NCBI GenBank assembly: GCA_944386715.1
Contig: CALXCD010000001.1
Span: 74,408-138,407 of the forward strand
Direction of reading: 5' to 3'
DNA length: 64,000 bases
Source of the DNA: an uncultured Clostridia bacterium
GTDB lineage: Bacteria > Bacillota > Clostridia > TANB77 > CAG-508
In this document: piece after piece, positions 1 to 11,200 of the stretch
Layout of the letters: every line of letters begins with the position of its first letter
Numbering within the stretch: the stretch's first letter is position 1
The notes under the pieces: model-generated
Seen by the model: the letters and a program-made list of their open reading frames with translations, nothing else
Database searches by the model: none
Told to the model about the DNA's origin: nothing
Program-made: the position numbers and the translations under genes

Positions 1-3000
1 ATCCATTTCCCTTTCTCTCTTCTCCAGAATTTAGAGCTTCTTCTGTTTTTCCTTGTGCTTGTTGTTCTTGTGTATATACTGCCTTATCTTCAAAAACTGT
101 TCCGCTTACTAATCTTTCTTCTTGCAACATTAAGTTAAGCCCTGGTGCTCTATCTGTATCATCTTCAAAAGTTCTTAAATTATTAATATCTACACTATCT
201 GGTCTTGAATCCACATCTACACCTGCAATTGGTTTTCCATTCTCTAAAGTAGTATAAGATGTAATCTCTGCAACACTATTTAATGTAACTTCATTAGAAG
301 TATTTCTAATTAACATTTCTTCCATTGTACTTGTTTTTACTTTAGCCACAACATAAACATATTGCCTTGTTTGAGCCGTTATTTGTGTTCCTTGATTTAA
401 TTTAACAACTGCTACTCCATTTTGAACATCTATACTGTCTATTTTATTTTCACTATATGTTCTTGACAAGTCTATTTCATTAGAAGTTATTTCATATCCA
501 TCATCAAAATAGAATTTAAATTCATTTACTATTCCCGCTAAAGTTGTCGCTTGATTCTCTAATCCTATTTTATAAACTGCCTTTACTTCTAAACTATCAG
601 ATGGATGTGCAATATCAGAAGGGAACAATGTTCTTGTATAAGACATGTTAGCATAATCCCCTGTGAACTTTTCTGTCATATTATCTGAAACTTGATTTAA
701 TATAGCCTCTGTTCTCTCTCCATACTTAAAAGTATGAGATGTTCCATTAAATGATACTTCTACTCTGTCTATATCCTCTGTTAAAGCCAAATCTGGTTGT
801 TCTCTTTCCTTAATACCTAAATTAATATTATAAATATAATCATTAGCAGGATTATAGAATTTATCAGATGATAAATCACAAATACCTTCTGTTGATGCTC
901 TTAAATTATATTTTGGTTGTGCATAATCATCATTTGGACGATAAATAATTTCACTCTTGTAATCGGAAACACTATAATCTACTCCAGATGTATCACTTGC
1001 ATTTGTTTCTTGAGATTTGTCAATAGTATTATATCGGTCATCTAAATCATCCCTCATCTCTTGTATATCAGATGCTTTAGAACCTTTCTCTTCATCTACC
1101 ATAGTTGGAATAGAATAATATTTCATTCCGTTATATTCAAATTCTACTGTATATTGGTCTAAATCTTTTACTTTCAATTTTTTGAACTCATAATGTCCTG
1201 CCGAATCTGTAGTAGTAGAATCGACTTCTGCTCCACCTTTTTTCAACACTACTTTTATTCCTGGTACTAATCTTTCTGTTCCTGAATCATATAAATTATT
1301 TGTTACATGTTGTTTTCCTTGTCCTTCTTCTTGCCATACCAATCCCTCTAAGTCTATTGCTATTCTCGTATCTGTAAATGTATTTACACTACCTGGAATT
1401 AATGTTACAACAGATGGATTATCAATATCAAAATAATCTTTTTTATCTTCTGGTAAAGCAATCTCTTGTGCATAGTATGTTAAATCAGTTGGCAAATTAG
1501 GAAATGTTATTTGTCCATTAGCATCTGTTGTATATTCTCCATCAAGCCATGCACTTGTTTCTACATATAAGTCATATAATCTTTTCTTTTCTTCCCATTC
1601 TTCATGGTCTTTTGCATATTGTGATGCACCTGTATAGACTCTATCATATGAATGTGGTCTTTCCCATTTTTCTGGAAGAGGATTTCCTTCAGCATCTGTT
1701 TTACCTTCATTTACATTTATCAATGCATGTGTACAAGCTCTATTTGTCCAATATTTACTATCTGAAGTTTTTGGCTCTCTTCCTGGATTCTCTTCTGGTT
1801 TTACCCAAACTTTGAATCTTACTCCTTCCATTCGCACATCAGTATCTTTAATATATTTTATGATTCCATAATCTTCCTCTTCTGATGGTTTTGGATTATC
1901 TGGTTCTTCTGGTTTTTCTGGTTCTTCTGGTTCTTCTTTTGGCTCATTTTCAAACGAAACTGATGCTGTTTTTCCAGCTATCAAGTTTACTTTTTGAGGA
2001 TTAGTTTTAGACAACTCATATCCTGATGGTGCTTGTACTTCTTTCACATAATAAACTCCTGGTTCCAATGTAGTAATAATCAGTTTCCCACCTGCTCCCG
2101 TTGTACCTGATGCGACCATATCTGTACATGCTAAGTCTTTATATATTTCAAATTTAGCCCCTGGTAAAGTTACTTTTTTTCCAGTATTAGCTTCATATTT
2201 TATAATTTCTAAAACTGGTTTTACTGGTGGAATAGTAAACGCAAAAGATTTACTATAAGGACTATCACCAAAATAAGTATTGTAAATACCTATATTTTGA
2301 TTTGTTCCTGTGTTTTTCAAAAAAGCTATTTGGGCACATATAGCATTTTTTCTTACTATATTAACTGTAACCGTTACTTTGTTCCCCCAATTAGATGGTA
2401 TCTTTAAGTAAAAGGTTTCCCCTGATTTTAAATCTACTGTATTTTTCTTAATAGAACCATCACTATTATAAACATATATATAAGATAAAGAATTATCTCC
2501 AGCTTCTACTGTTATTTTTCCAGATGAATTGATTGTTCCTTTAGAAAAAGTAAATTTAAAAGGTCCAACAACATTATATGCTGTTCCGTTAGTTACTAAA
2601 CCTGCTTTCGAAACATCTAAATCTGTTGTTGCATTTGAAATTGTTAATTGTCCCAAATTAGTTGCATAAGTTTTTGCTCTATTTAACAAATCTGTATTTT
2701 CTTCTCTACCATAACTTTCTGGACCGATAATATTATTTAAATTAAATGTAGAACCAAATCTACCTTTCCAAGCTGCAAGTTCTGCCCATAAAGAATAAAC
2801 AAATTTATCATACCCATGGAATCCAGAATAAGTTCTATGTCCATTCATAAGATAATACGCTAACCTACCATTATAGCCACTGTATAATGGATCATCAACC
2901 GTCTGTGTTCTATTTCTCGCATCTAAATAAGTTCCTGTAACATAATTTCCAGCAATAGTTACAATTGCTCTTACTTTATAATTTCCACCGCCATTAAGAG

Positions 3001-3184
3001 TTTGCTCAGAATTAGTACATATTAAATTTCTATTAGGTGAAAAGTCATTAATATACAGAGTTTGTCCTAATCTGTATGAATTTATATTAGATGTATAATC
3101 ATCAGCAAAAGATTTTGTTTGCAAAACTAATATAGCTACTATAAATATAATACCTAATAATAAATATTTATATATCTTTTTCAC
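1..3184 (-). CDS. Giant secreted surface protein, module B copy 2 (paralog of 8287..12201). GTG start; the 3' end runs off the window.
   Basis: Absent from the ORF track because there is no stop in the window. Hand translation from GTG 3184..3182, 5 nt after a GGAGGGG RBS, gives VKKIYKYLLLGIIFIVAILVLQTKSFA (signal peptide). This is followed by a SpaA/Cna-B-like segment (LEIIKYEANTGKKVTLPGAKFEIYKD..LEPGVYYVKEVQAPSGYEL), a P/E linker and an SdrD-B-type segment (GLVWQEEGQGK..GIKVVLKKGGAEVDSTTTDSAGHYEFKKL). It is colinear with the 8287..12201 product (DLALTEDIDRVEVSFNGTSHTFKYGERT versus DLAVMKDVENAKVTVNGYEHTYLYAQRF). Confidence 0.8.
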   Translation of the reverse strand, partial: MKKIYKYLLLGIIFIVAILVLQTKSFADDYTSNINSYRLGQTLYINDFSPNRNLICTNSEQTLNGGGNYKVRAIVTIAGNYVTGTYLDARNRTQTVDDPLYSGYNGRLAYYLMNGHRTYSGFHGYDKFVYSLWAELAAWKGRFGSTFNLNNIIGPESYGREENTDLLNRAKTYATNLGQLTISNATTDLDVSKAGLVTNGTAYNVVGPFKFTFSKGTINSSGKITVEAGDNSLSYIYVYNSDGSIKKNTVDLKSGETFYLKIPSNWGNKVTVTVNIVRKNAICAQIAFLKNTGTNQNIGIYNTYFGDSPYSKSFAFTIPPVKPVLEIIKYEANTGKKVTLPGAKFEIYKDLACTDMVASGTTGAGGKLIITTLEPGVYYVKEVQAPSGYELSKTNPQKVNLIAGKTASVSFENEPKEEPEEPEKPEEPDNPKPSEEEDYGIIKYIKDTDVRMEGVRFKVWVKPEENPGREPKTSDSKYWTNRACTHALINVNEGKTDAEGNPLPEKWERPHSYDRVYTGASQYAKDHEEWEEKKRLYDLYVETSAWLDGEYTTDANGQITFPNLPTDLTYYAQEIALPEDKKDYFDIDNPSVVTLIPGSVNTFTDTRIAIDLEGLVWQEEGQGKQHVTNNLYDSGTERLVPGIKVVLKKGGAEVDSTTTDSAGHYEFKKLKVKDLDQYTVEFEYNGMKYYSIPTMVDEEKGSKASDIQEMRDDLDDRYNTIDKSQETNASDTSGVDYSVSDYKSEIIYRPNDDYAQPKYNLRASTEGICDLSSDKFYNPANDYIYNINLGIKEREQPDLALTEDIDRVEVSFNGTSHTFKYGERTEAILNQVSDNMTEKFTGDYANMSYTRTLFPSDIAHPSDSLEVKAVYKIGLENQATTLAGIVNEFKFYFDDGYEITSNEIDLSRTYSENKIDSIDVQNGVAVVKLNQGTQITAQTRQYVYVVAKVKTSTMEEMLIRNTSNEVTLNSVAEITSYTTLENGKPIAGVDVDSRPDSVDINNLRTFEDDTDRAPGLNLMLQEERLVSGTVFEDKAVYTQEQQAQGKTEEALNSGEERKGNG
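1901..1936 (-). repeat. In-frame 9-nt tandem repeat x4 (tggttcttc, with variant tggtttttc) encoding an EEP/EKP linker
   Basis: Direct reading: tggttcttc tggtttttc tggttcttc tggttcttc. On the minus strand this is GAA GAA CCA repeated. Confidence 0.8.
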
Positions 3185-3203
3185 TATTTCCCCTCCTTCC
3201 ATT

Positions 3204-6200
3204 TTAAATTAATACCTTTTTAATAATAAAATATATACCTATGATAAAAATACAAGCTATAAAAATACTTAATCCAATATATAAATAAATACTTCCTGTT
3301 TTAATACCAATAACTAAATTTGCTTGATCTTTATTATCCTGTTGTTCTCCCACTTCTCCTAATCCAGTTTCATTACAAGCTTCTAGTAATTCTGCCTTAT
3401 TGACTATAGTACCTGTTGATTCTTCTGTCATAGTTCGAGTTAAAACCAAAGAAATTACTTTTTCCTCTCCTGGATTTATTTTTTGGTTTGCAAAACCTTC
3501 ATAATATAATTGGTTGCTTATCAAATACCAATCTGGATTTAAAGTAGAACTAAAATTCAATCCTTTTGGTAATTCGTCTACTATATTTTTTGCATAACCA
3601 GCTACTTCTCCAACATTTTTCACTTTAATCTGATATTCAACAACTAGATTTGCTCCTTCCATTTGTTTAGAATCCAATTCTATTTTTGCAAAATCAGTAT
3701 TTTGGTATTGATAAGTTTCTATCCCCTTATCGTATTGCACAATAACTTTTTGAATACTTTTATCTAAGGACATGTTGAATATCTCTAATTTAATCAATCC
3801 CATATCAATATCATTAATATCACTATTTTCAACATTAATAATTTCAGTAACAGCATATATTTTTCTTTGTCCTTTAATTTCTAATTCTTTAGCAATTACA
3901 TCTGAATTTTCGGTTTCCTCAACATCTTCTGCACGATATGGCGACAATTCGTATTTTGTTGTGTCATATTCGAATATTGGCATATATCTTCCACTATGTA
4001 CACCATAAAATTCATAAAGTCCCTGATTATTTGTAATTGTAATTCTTTCATTTCCGTCTTCATCTTTAACAATTTTACCAGTATTCACATCTAATAATAA
4101 AACTCTAATACCTTCTAGAAGTGGTTCTTCACTAGTTCTTTTACCATTTTTATCAATATCTTCCCATACAGTTCCTCTAATAGAGTAAATTTTATTTCCA
4201 GCCTCATCTTCCTTATCATACTGATGTTCTACTTGTGCAGTTGCTCTTTCTGCTCCATTCACAAGTAATATAGCTTTATTAATAACACTTGAAATTTCCT
4301 CTTCTCCTTTATCCTTAACTCTAACACCAATAGTATATATCATTTTTTCTTTTGTATTTAAAGTAATTTCTTCTTCTATTTCATTTGGTATTGGTTGTAT
4401 TTCCTCTTCGTTTTCTATACGTTCTTGTACAATTTCTCCATTTTTCTTGATATACATTATATCTAATATTTCTGGAACTTGATCAAGTAAAATCATTGTT
4501 GTTTCTGATGAAGAATTATTTTGAATTTCTATCGTATATTCAAACATATCATCTTCTTTTATAATTTCAGACTGACTATTAGAAATCATATTCATTGACA
4601 CATCAAATCTTTGAACTTCTGTCATATATATATTAGATCTACACCAATCTTGATTTTGTGTTTTTGCTAATGTCACTACACCTATTTGATTATTAGCTGT
4701 TTCTATTTTGTTAATCTTTAATATTATTTCTAAAACTACTACTCCATTTTCTTTTATATCACCAATTGAAATATCACCTTCTAGTTGTTCTAGCCATTTC
4801 TCATCAACTGGTTCATTATTTTCATATTGTTTCACAATTAGACTTTCAATTTCAGTTCCTTCTGGAATAACTGGTCTTACCATTACATTTTCTTGTTTCT
4901 GATTTGTCATGTTTTCTATAATAACATAATAATTAATGGTACTTCCTTCTGCGATATTAACACCTCTATCTAATACTCTTTTTAAGCTTACTCTTAAATC
5001 AGTCTTTTCTAGTTTGTTTTGCCATTCGTTAGACATAATGGTGTTATCTTCCCATTGTACTTGGGCAATATTTTTAATACTATCAGTTTGTATTTCTTGT
5101 TTTACCCTAACTTCAAATTCTTTTACAAAGACCTCTCCAACGCCAATTTTATCAATTGGATAAGTAATTTGTCTTTCTTGCCTTTCCAAATAATATTTAG
5201 CCCCTGTATATTCATATCCTATTTCACCTTCATCTGGTTCTACCCAAACAACATCTTCAGGAAGTATCATTTGAGCACTTAAATTTTTTAATTCTGTTTG
5301 ACTTGTATTTCTTACTTCTAAACGATAATGAATAACTTCTCCTGTTTTTACAGTATCTCCTTCTTTTAATTCCTCCCCACCTACAGTAGCACTCAAATCA
5401 ACTTGCAAACTTGCTTTTTCTTGTTCTTCTGTTGTCAACAATAATGAGGTAGAATTAACTGTTTCTGTTTCTGTATCATCACCTTCATGATACAAAACTT
5501 TATATTGTTGATAAGCAACCATTTTACTTTCTAAATCTTCTGGTAATGTAATTTGATAAGAAGCTAGTATTTTCTGATCCTTTTGAATTTTATCTATTTT
5601 TATTAAATAATTTTTTACTTCATTTCCATTTTCTATAGATTCTCTCCATTGGTTATTTTCATCTGTAATATCCTGTGTTACATTTTCTTGTGTACTATAA
5701 TATATTTTTATTTGACTTTCATCCACTCCTTGTAATTGTAAAGGAGACATAACTTGTATTGGCATTGTGTTTTCTTTTTTTCCTTGCTCTACTATTCCTT
5801 GTGTAGGAAATCTTCCTAAAATACTAACATTACTTACTTCGTTATTTTTATGATTAATGACAGCTATATCTACTGATGTTTGCTCGATAGCTGTTTCTGA
5901 TTTTAAAGTTATTTCTTGTTCTTGTTGTATTCCATTAGATTCTAATCCTAATTCTTTCATATTATTTAATGCTAATATATTTTCCAAAGTGCATATTTGA
6001 ATAGGTAATATCTCTTGCACTTCTTCTTGATTAGAATTTGTTAATTTAGTAATAATTTGTCTTTCTACATTTCCTATTTCTGTTGAAATTTTTATATCAG
6101 CAGCAATAGAAATATTAGCATTTTGAAGTTCTTCTCGATGATAACTTTGTTCTCCTTCTAACTGTATTTGCAATTTCTTTCCATTTTCTGTGTTTAACAT

Positions 6201-7952
6201 TCCTGCTGACACTATTTTCAATTCTTCTTCATTTAATAAATGAATGGATTTTACATTAATTTCTTCAATCTCGGTCGGAAATTGAATTTCAATTTTAGGA
6301 TTTTTGAACAATTTTTGTTCAGCACTATTAGTTAATAATATCACTCGTATTTCAATATTTTCATTTAATTCCAAAGCAGTTAATTCTTTTTTATTTATTT
6401 GTGTTGAAATTGTTTCCTTTGCTTGTGCAATTTCTAGAATATTTTCCTCTACATATTTATCATAGTTTTGTATTCTTTGTATAAGAGCATCTGCTTGTTG
6501 TATAGCAACATTTCCTTTATCTTCTTGTAATCTTTTAATATGCCTTAATTCTAATTTTCCTCTTTGCTCAGGATTCTCTATTTGTATTGTAATTTCTTTT
6601 ATATTTTCTGGATATGTAATAATCACTTCTCCATTTTCCGCAATAGATTGTTTTGTAACTTCTGAAACCAATTGTTGATCTTGATCTAATATACGTAAAA
6701 TACCTTTTTCTCCTAATACAAAATCTAACTCTTGTTTTGTTATTTTAGTTTGCAAATATACAGAATTTGCATTTTCTTCTTTTTCTCCTATTCGATATTT
6801 ATCCTGTTCTTCTAGAAATTCAAAACTATGCAATATTTGTGTATCATTTAAATTAATAATACTATTTCTCTGAAAATCTTTTTGCTCACCTGCTAGTAAT
6901 CCACCATTATATATTTGTGTTTCTGTATTTTGTATTTTATAAGTAGAAAGTCCTTCTTTTTCTTCTTCCAAAGAAAATTGCAAATTCTTTTCTAGATTAG
7001 TCGCATCATAAAGTTCTAATTGTGCATTCACATCTAAAACATCTGATTTTATTTCCACTTTTTCTTGATATTGAATATGCAATAAAATTTGGTCTAATTT
7101 ATTTTGCCATAGAACATTTCCTTCTGATTCTTCATTAAATAAATTAACTTCTAAAATACCTGTTTCTTTCTCATATCCATAATTATTTTCTGTAATAGGT
7201 AAATTAGTATCTATTCCTATCACTTCTATTTTTTCTACTTTTTCCTTACATGGAATCTGTACTTTAATATCCGTACTTTTTATTGCATAATCTTGCTCCA
7301 TTAAACCTGTATATAAAGACATCTGTAAAACAGATTTTTCTATCTCGTCAAAGAAATAAGTCTTATTGGTAATAACCTCACCTTCTAATACAGCACTTTT
7401 ATTTTTGCTGTTCCATTTAACATTTACATTAACAGAACCAGCCACTTCAATATTATCCTGCACATCCCCTTGATAAATTCCTTCTATTTTAACTTGAATC
7501 TGGGCATTGAAAAAAGAAAGTGGTATCTGTGTTTTCCTTTGTAAAGCAATTTCAACTGGTATCTCTATTGTCTCTCCAGCTCTAATCTGTTTTAATTTAA
7601 TTTTATTTCCTTCTATTTTTTCCACTTTATCACTTAATATAGTATTTTTTAAATCCACATTGCTATTTTCTAGTGAAAGAGAACCTTCAAAATATCCTTC
7701 TTTTTTCACTTCTACTTTTATATATAATTTTTCTATTTGGTCTAAATACAAATCTTTTTGTGCACTATATTTTCCTTCTTCTGTTTTAAAATAAGCTGAT
7801 AGTTCTACATTTTTGCAATTTGTAGTAGTAGATTGAACTGTTTCTTCACTAATAGCTTCTACAATATTCTTTCCAATAAAAATAAAATTCCCCAAAATCA
7901 TGGTTTGGATTATTAAAATAATAAGAATTAGTTTTTCTAACTTTCTTTTCAT
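3204..7952 (-). CDS. Giant surface protein, module A copy 2 (DUF11-type repeats plus an SdrD-B-type domain, C-terminal IKTG-helix-KK tail)
   Basis: ORF track, 1582 aa. N-terminal signal-anchor LILIILIIQTMILGNFIFIG. DUF11-like repeats (GEVIHYRLEVRNTSQTELKNLSAQMILPEDV; INYYVIIENMTNQKQENVMVRPVIPEGT; MFEYTIEIQNNSSSETTMILLDQVPE; LVVEYQIKVKNVGEVAGYAKNIVDELPKGL). SdrD-B-like GTVWEDIDKNGKRTSEEPLLEGIRVLLLD..NNQGLYEFYGV. RBS aaaGGAGaactggg before the ATG. Colinear with 12222..17159. Confidence 0.85.
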   Translation of the reverse strand: MKRKLEKLILIILIIQTMILGNFIFIGKNIVEAISEETVQSTTTNCKNVELSAYFKTEEGKYSAQKDLYLDQIEKLYIKVEVKKEGYFEGSLSLENSNVDLKNTILSDKVEKIEGNKIKLKQIRAGETIEIPVEIALQRKTQIPLSFFNAQIQVKIEGIYQGDVQDNIEVAGSVNVNVKWNSKNKSAVLEGEVITNKTYFFDEIEKSVLQMSLYTGLMEQDYAIKSTDIKVQIPCKEKVEKIEVIGIDTNLPITENNYGYEKETGILEVNLFNEESEGNVLWQNKLDQILLHIQYQEKVEIKSDVLDVNAQLELYDATNLEKNLQFSLEEEKEGLSTYKIQNTETQIYNGGLLAGEQKDFQRNSIINLNDTQILHSFEFLEEQDKYRIGEKEENANSVYLQTKITKQELDFVLGEKGILRILDQDQQLVSEVTKQSIAENGEVIITYPENIKEITIQIENPEQRGKLELRHIKRLQEDKGNVAIQQADALIQRIQNYDKYVEENILEIAQAKETISTQINKKELTALELNENIEIRVILLTNSAEQKLFKNPKIEIQFPTEIEEINVKSIHLLNEEELKIVSAGMLNTENGKKLQIQLEGEQSYHREELQNANISIAADIKISTEIGNVERQIITKLTNSNQEEVQEILPIQICTLENILALNNMKELGLESNGIQQEQEITLKSETAIEQTSVDIAVINHKNNEVSNVSILGRFPTQGIVEQGKKENTMPIQVMSPLQLQGVDESQIKIYYSTQENVTQDITDENNQWRESIENGNEVKNYLIKIDKIQKDQKILASYQITLPEDLESKMVAYQQYKVLYHEGDDTETETVNSTSLLLTTEEQEKASLQVDLSATVGGEELKEGDTVKTGEVIHYRLEVRNTSQTELKNLSAQMILPEDVVWVEPDEGEIGYEYTGAKYYLERQERQITYPIDKIGVGEVFVKEFEVRVKQEIQTDSIKNIAQVQWEDNTIMSNEWQNKLEKTDLRVSLKRVLDRGVNIAEGSTINYYVIIENMTNQKQENVMVRPVIPEGTEIESLIVKQYENNEPVDEKWLEQLEGDISIGDIKENGVVVLEIILKINKIETANNQIGVVTLAKTQNQDWCRSNIYMTEVQRFDVSMNMISNSQSEIIKEDDMFEYTIEIQNNSSSETTMILLDQVPEILDIMYIKKNGEIVQERIENEEEIQPIPNEIEEEITLNTKEKMIYTIGVRVKDKGEEEISSVINKAILLVNGAERATAQVEHQYDKEDEAGNKIYSIRGTVWEDIDKNGKRTSEEPLLEGIRVLLLDVNTGKIVKDEDGNERITITNNQGLYEFYGVHSGRYMPIFEYDTTKYELSPYRAEDVEETENSDVIAKELEIKGQRKIYAVTEIINVENSDINDIDMGLIKLEIFNMSLDKSIQKVIVQYDKGIETYQYQNTDFAKIELDSKQMEGANLVVEYQIKVKNVGEVAGYAKNIVDELPKGLNFSSTLNPDWYLISNQLYYEGFANQKINPGEEKVISLVLTRTMTEESTGTIVNKAELLEACNETGLGEVGEQQDNKDQANLVIGIKTGSIYLYIGLSIFIACIFIIGIYFIIKKVLI

Positions 7953-7988
7953 CCCAGTTCTCCTTTTTCGACATTATTTCTATCTTAA

Positions 7989-7997
7989 ATTATAGCA
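7989..7997 (-). promoter_or_regulatory. Candidate extended -10 promoter (TGcTATAAT) for the 3204..7952 / 1..3184 operon
   Basis: The minus strand reads ggTGcTATAATttaag about 35 nt upstream of the ATG. The -35 is poor (T-run). Confidence 0.3.
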
Positions 7998-8235
7998 CCA
8001 TTATTTTGTAGAAAAAACATGTACTTTCTTTAATAAAGTAAATATTACAAAAATTATTGTCATCTATCGTTACGGATTTGACTTTTGAAAATCTTTATAT
8101 TTCTTTTATTAAATTTATTTTAAAAATTTGTAACAAACTAGCAAAAATTCTTTTCTTTCCACTTAAAGACAATAAAAATAGTTTTTTAAATAACAGCAAA
8201 TATTGATTTCCCTAGTTTTTCTTTCAATATAATAT

Positions 8236-8271
8236 CAAAAAAAGCACTTCTAGAATTTCTTCTAAAAATGC
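8236..8271 (-). terminator. Rho-independent terminator after 8287..12201
   Basis: The minus-strand RNA reads gcauuuuuagaa-aaa-uucuagaagugc followed by a U7 run. It starts 16 nt after the stop codon. Confidence 0.6.
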
Positions 8272-8286
8272 TTTTCTTTTTTGGTA

Positions 8287-11200
8287 TTATTTATTTAAAA
8301 CTTTTTTCTTAATTAGCCATACACCTGCACCAAGAATAACTAATGTACTTAATCCAATAGAAATTGGTAATACATAATTTTGATTTTCACCTGTAGGAGG
8401 TGTTACTGTCACTGGCTCTGCTGGATCTTCTGGTGGATTTAATTCAGGTCCATAGAATTCTGGAACTTCGAATGTATAAATAGTAGATAATTTTGTAACA
8501 ACAGCTAAGTTATTGAATTCTATTTCATCTGCATTTGCCAATTGTCTAGAACCTTTTATTTCCACACTAGCTTGTTCTGTTGGTGCTAATGATTTTTCAC
8601 TTAAAGCTTGTGTTACAAATGCATTTCTTCCCTCTACTGTGGTATCCTCTGTATCCATTTGCCAAACACCATCTTGATTATCTATAAATACTAATGTTTC
8701 ATCTAAATAATCCCTTAATTCGCCTATTCTTAATTTTACTAATTCACCAATATTATCCCCTGCTTGCTCTTGACCATAGAAGTAATAATCACCATTTTCA
8801 GAAACATAATCACATTCACTAATATTGGTAGCTACAATTTCATATCCTATCTCGATTTGAGATTGTTGAAGAATTTCACTATCTATTTCTGCTTTCACAA
8901 ATCCTAGTTGTGGTCCTCCTGTTACACTATCTACTTGTCCTTCTAATTTTCCTTCTTCATTAATAATTGCATCTATCAAAACATTTCCATTAGCTAATGT
9001 AATTTTTATTGTTTTTACATGTTTATCTAATGCTAATTCTTGTCTTGGTCTTTCTACAATCCCAAAATCTACATTACTTACTCTATATAAGAAAGAATCT
9101 TTTCTAATGACATATCCATTTTCGTCTTTCTTAACATTACCATTTTCATCAAGTTCATATTCTATACTATTATCTGTAATAGTACTTTCAAATTCGATAC
9201 CAAATCTCATCATCGGTGTCGTAGAATCCATTTTTGTAATTAATGTTTCACCTTCTGCTACTCCTGATGCTGTTTGTTTGTCAATTGCATTTCTTAGTTC
9301 CCAATCATCCATTGCATCTGAATACCTTGGTGTTTCTGTTTTATACCATTCTGGATTATTAGCTCTTTCTTTTTCCTTATAGATAGTTCCTTTATAATTT
9401 TGGATAGTATAAGTGTCATCTCCCCATGTATAAGTCAAAACATATTCATCTGGTACATAACCTCTGATTGCAAAATCACCATTTTCATCTGTTTCAATAT
9501 CTTTTGCTTCTACCCATTGTTTTGTTGTTTCATCATAAATTTGGGCAACTTCACCAGAAGTATTCTTTAATGTAAGTTTTACTCCACTAATTCCTTTTTC
9601 TCCTTCTTTGTATTCTCCATCACCTTCTCTTACTTGTGCTGTTAATAAATCTGGACTTGTTTCATCTAAGAAAACTTTTCCTGTCAATTCTCTTGCATTT
9701 GTTAATTCTAATTTCATAGATGGTGCAGAATCTGTATCATCTTCATAAGTGGTTTTATCTCCTGGAATTGCGTTTCCTGGGTTAGAATCTAAATCGATTC
9801 CTGCATAGATATTTCCATCTCTATCAAAACTTGTATAAGAATTCATTTCTACCACATTATCCAAAGTTTCTTGGTCATTCATAACAGCAAGTACAGCATC
9901 TCTATTTAATTCAAATTGAATATAAATATCTTGCACCTTTTGTGCTTCTATTGTTTGTGTACTATAAATAGTTACTTTTTTATAATCATTGTTATAATTT
10001 TCTGGTTGTGAATATTGTAATTCTCCTGTAATATTTCCTTTATCATCTATACCATTTCCCACTTTTGTAATGTTATATCTTGCATCAAAGTAATCTACTA
10101 TACTATTAGCTCTTCCTGATAAATTAGTAGATTGATTTCCTATTCTAATATGATATGTAATATATACTTTTAATTCTTTACTTGCATCTTGTGGTTTATA
10201 TTCTACATCTGATTTATAAATAGCTCTTGTATATGTCATTGTACCATATTTATTTCCGAATTTAACACCTACATTAAATCCATCCTCATATTCACCTTGA
10301 TTTTGAAATCTTTGTGCATACAAATAAGTATGTTCATAACCATTTACAGTCACCTTTGCATTTTCCACGTCTTTCATGACTGCTAAATCTGGTTTTTCTC
10401 TTTCATAAATACCTAAATTGATATTTTTGATTTCTTCTTCTTTTCCTGTATATTGTTTTGACAAATCATATCCTGCATTCGCAGTTGTCGCTATCATTAA
10501 ATATTTTTCAGGTTCTTTTATAAAAGTAGATGTATAAGCAGATGTATCTTTTACATAATTCAAATCATATGTTTTATTTCCTGATGCATCTAAAGCAACT
10601 CCTGTTGTTTCTCCCGTTCCCTGAATTTCTGCAAATTTATCATTAAATGCTTTTCTTTCTGCATCTGATTCATCCGCTTTTGAACCATTATCTTTGTCTA
10701 GGTGAGGTGTTACTGGTTGATAAGTTAAACCATCATATTCAAATTCCACATAATAATCTGACAAATGTTCAATTAATACGTCTGTAAATAAGTAAGCACC
10801 CTGACTATCTGTTTTCGTTTCTTGTATTATTTTTCCTGATTTATCTTTTAACCTTACAGTAACTCCTGCTACTAATTTATCTTGTGTATCTCCTGTTCCA
10901 TTTTGATATAAATCATTTCTATATGCTTGTTTTCCATCAACAATATCTTCCCATACATAACCTGAAAGTTTTATCAATACTCTTTTATTTGTAATTTTGA
11001 ATTCTTCTGTCTTATCTGCCGTAACATCATGAGATACTCCAGCTGTTATAATCTCATATCCATAATTTGGATTCTTTGTTTCATAAGCAGTATAAGTTCC
11101 TACTAATAAGTTTTCTATCAATATTTCCCCATTTTTATCGGTTACAAATTCCGTTGCCTGTGTTCTATCATCTACATAAGATATTGTTTTGTCTGCATTT

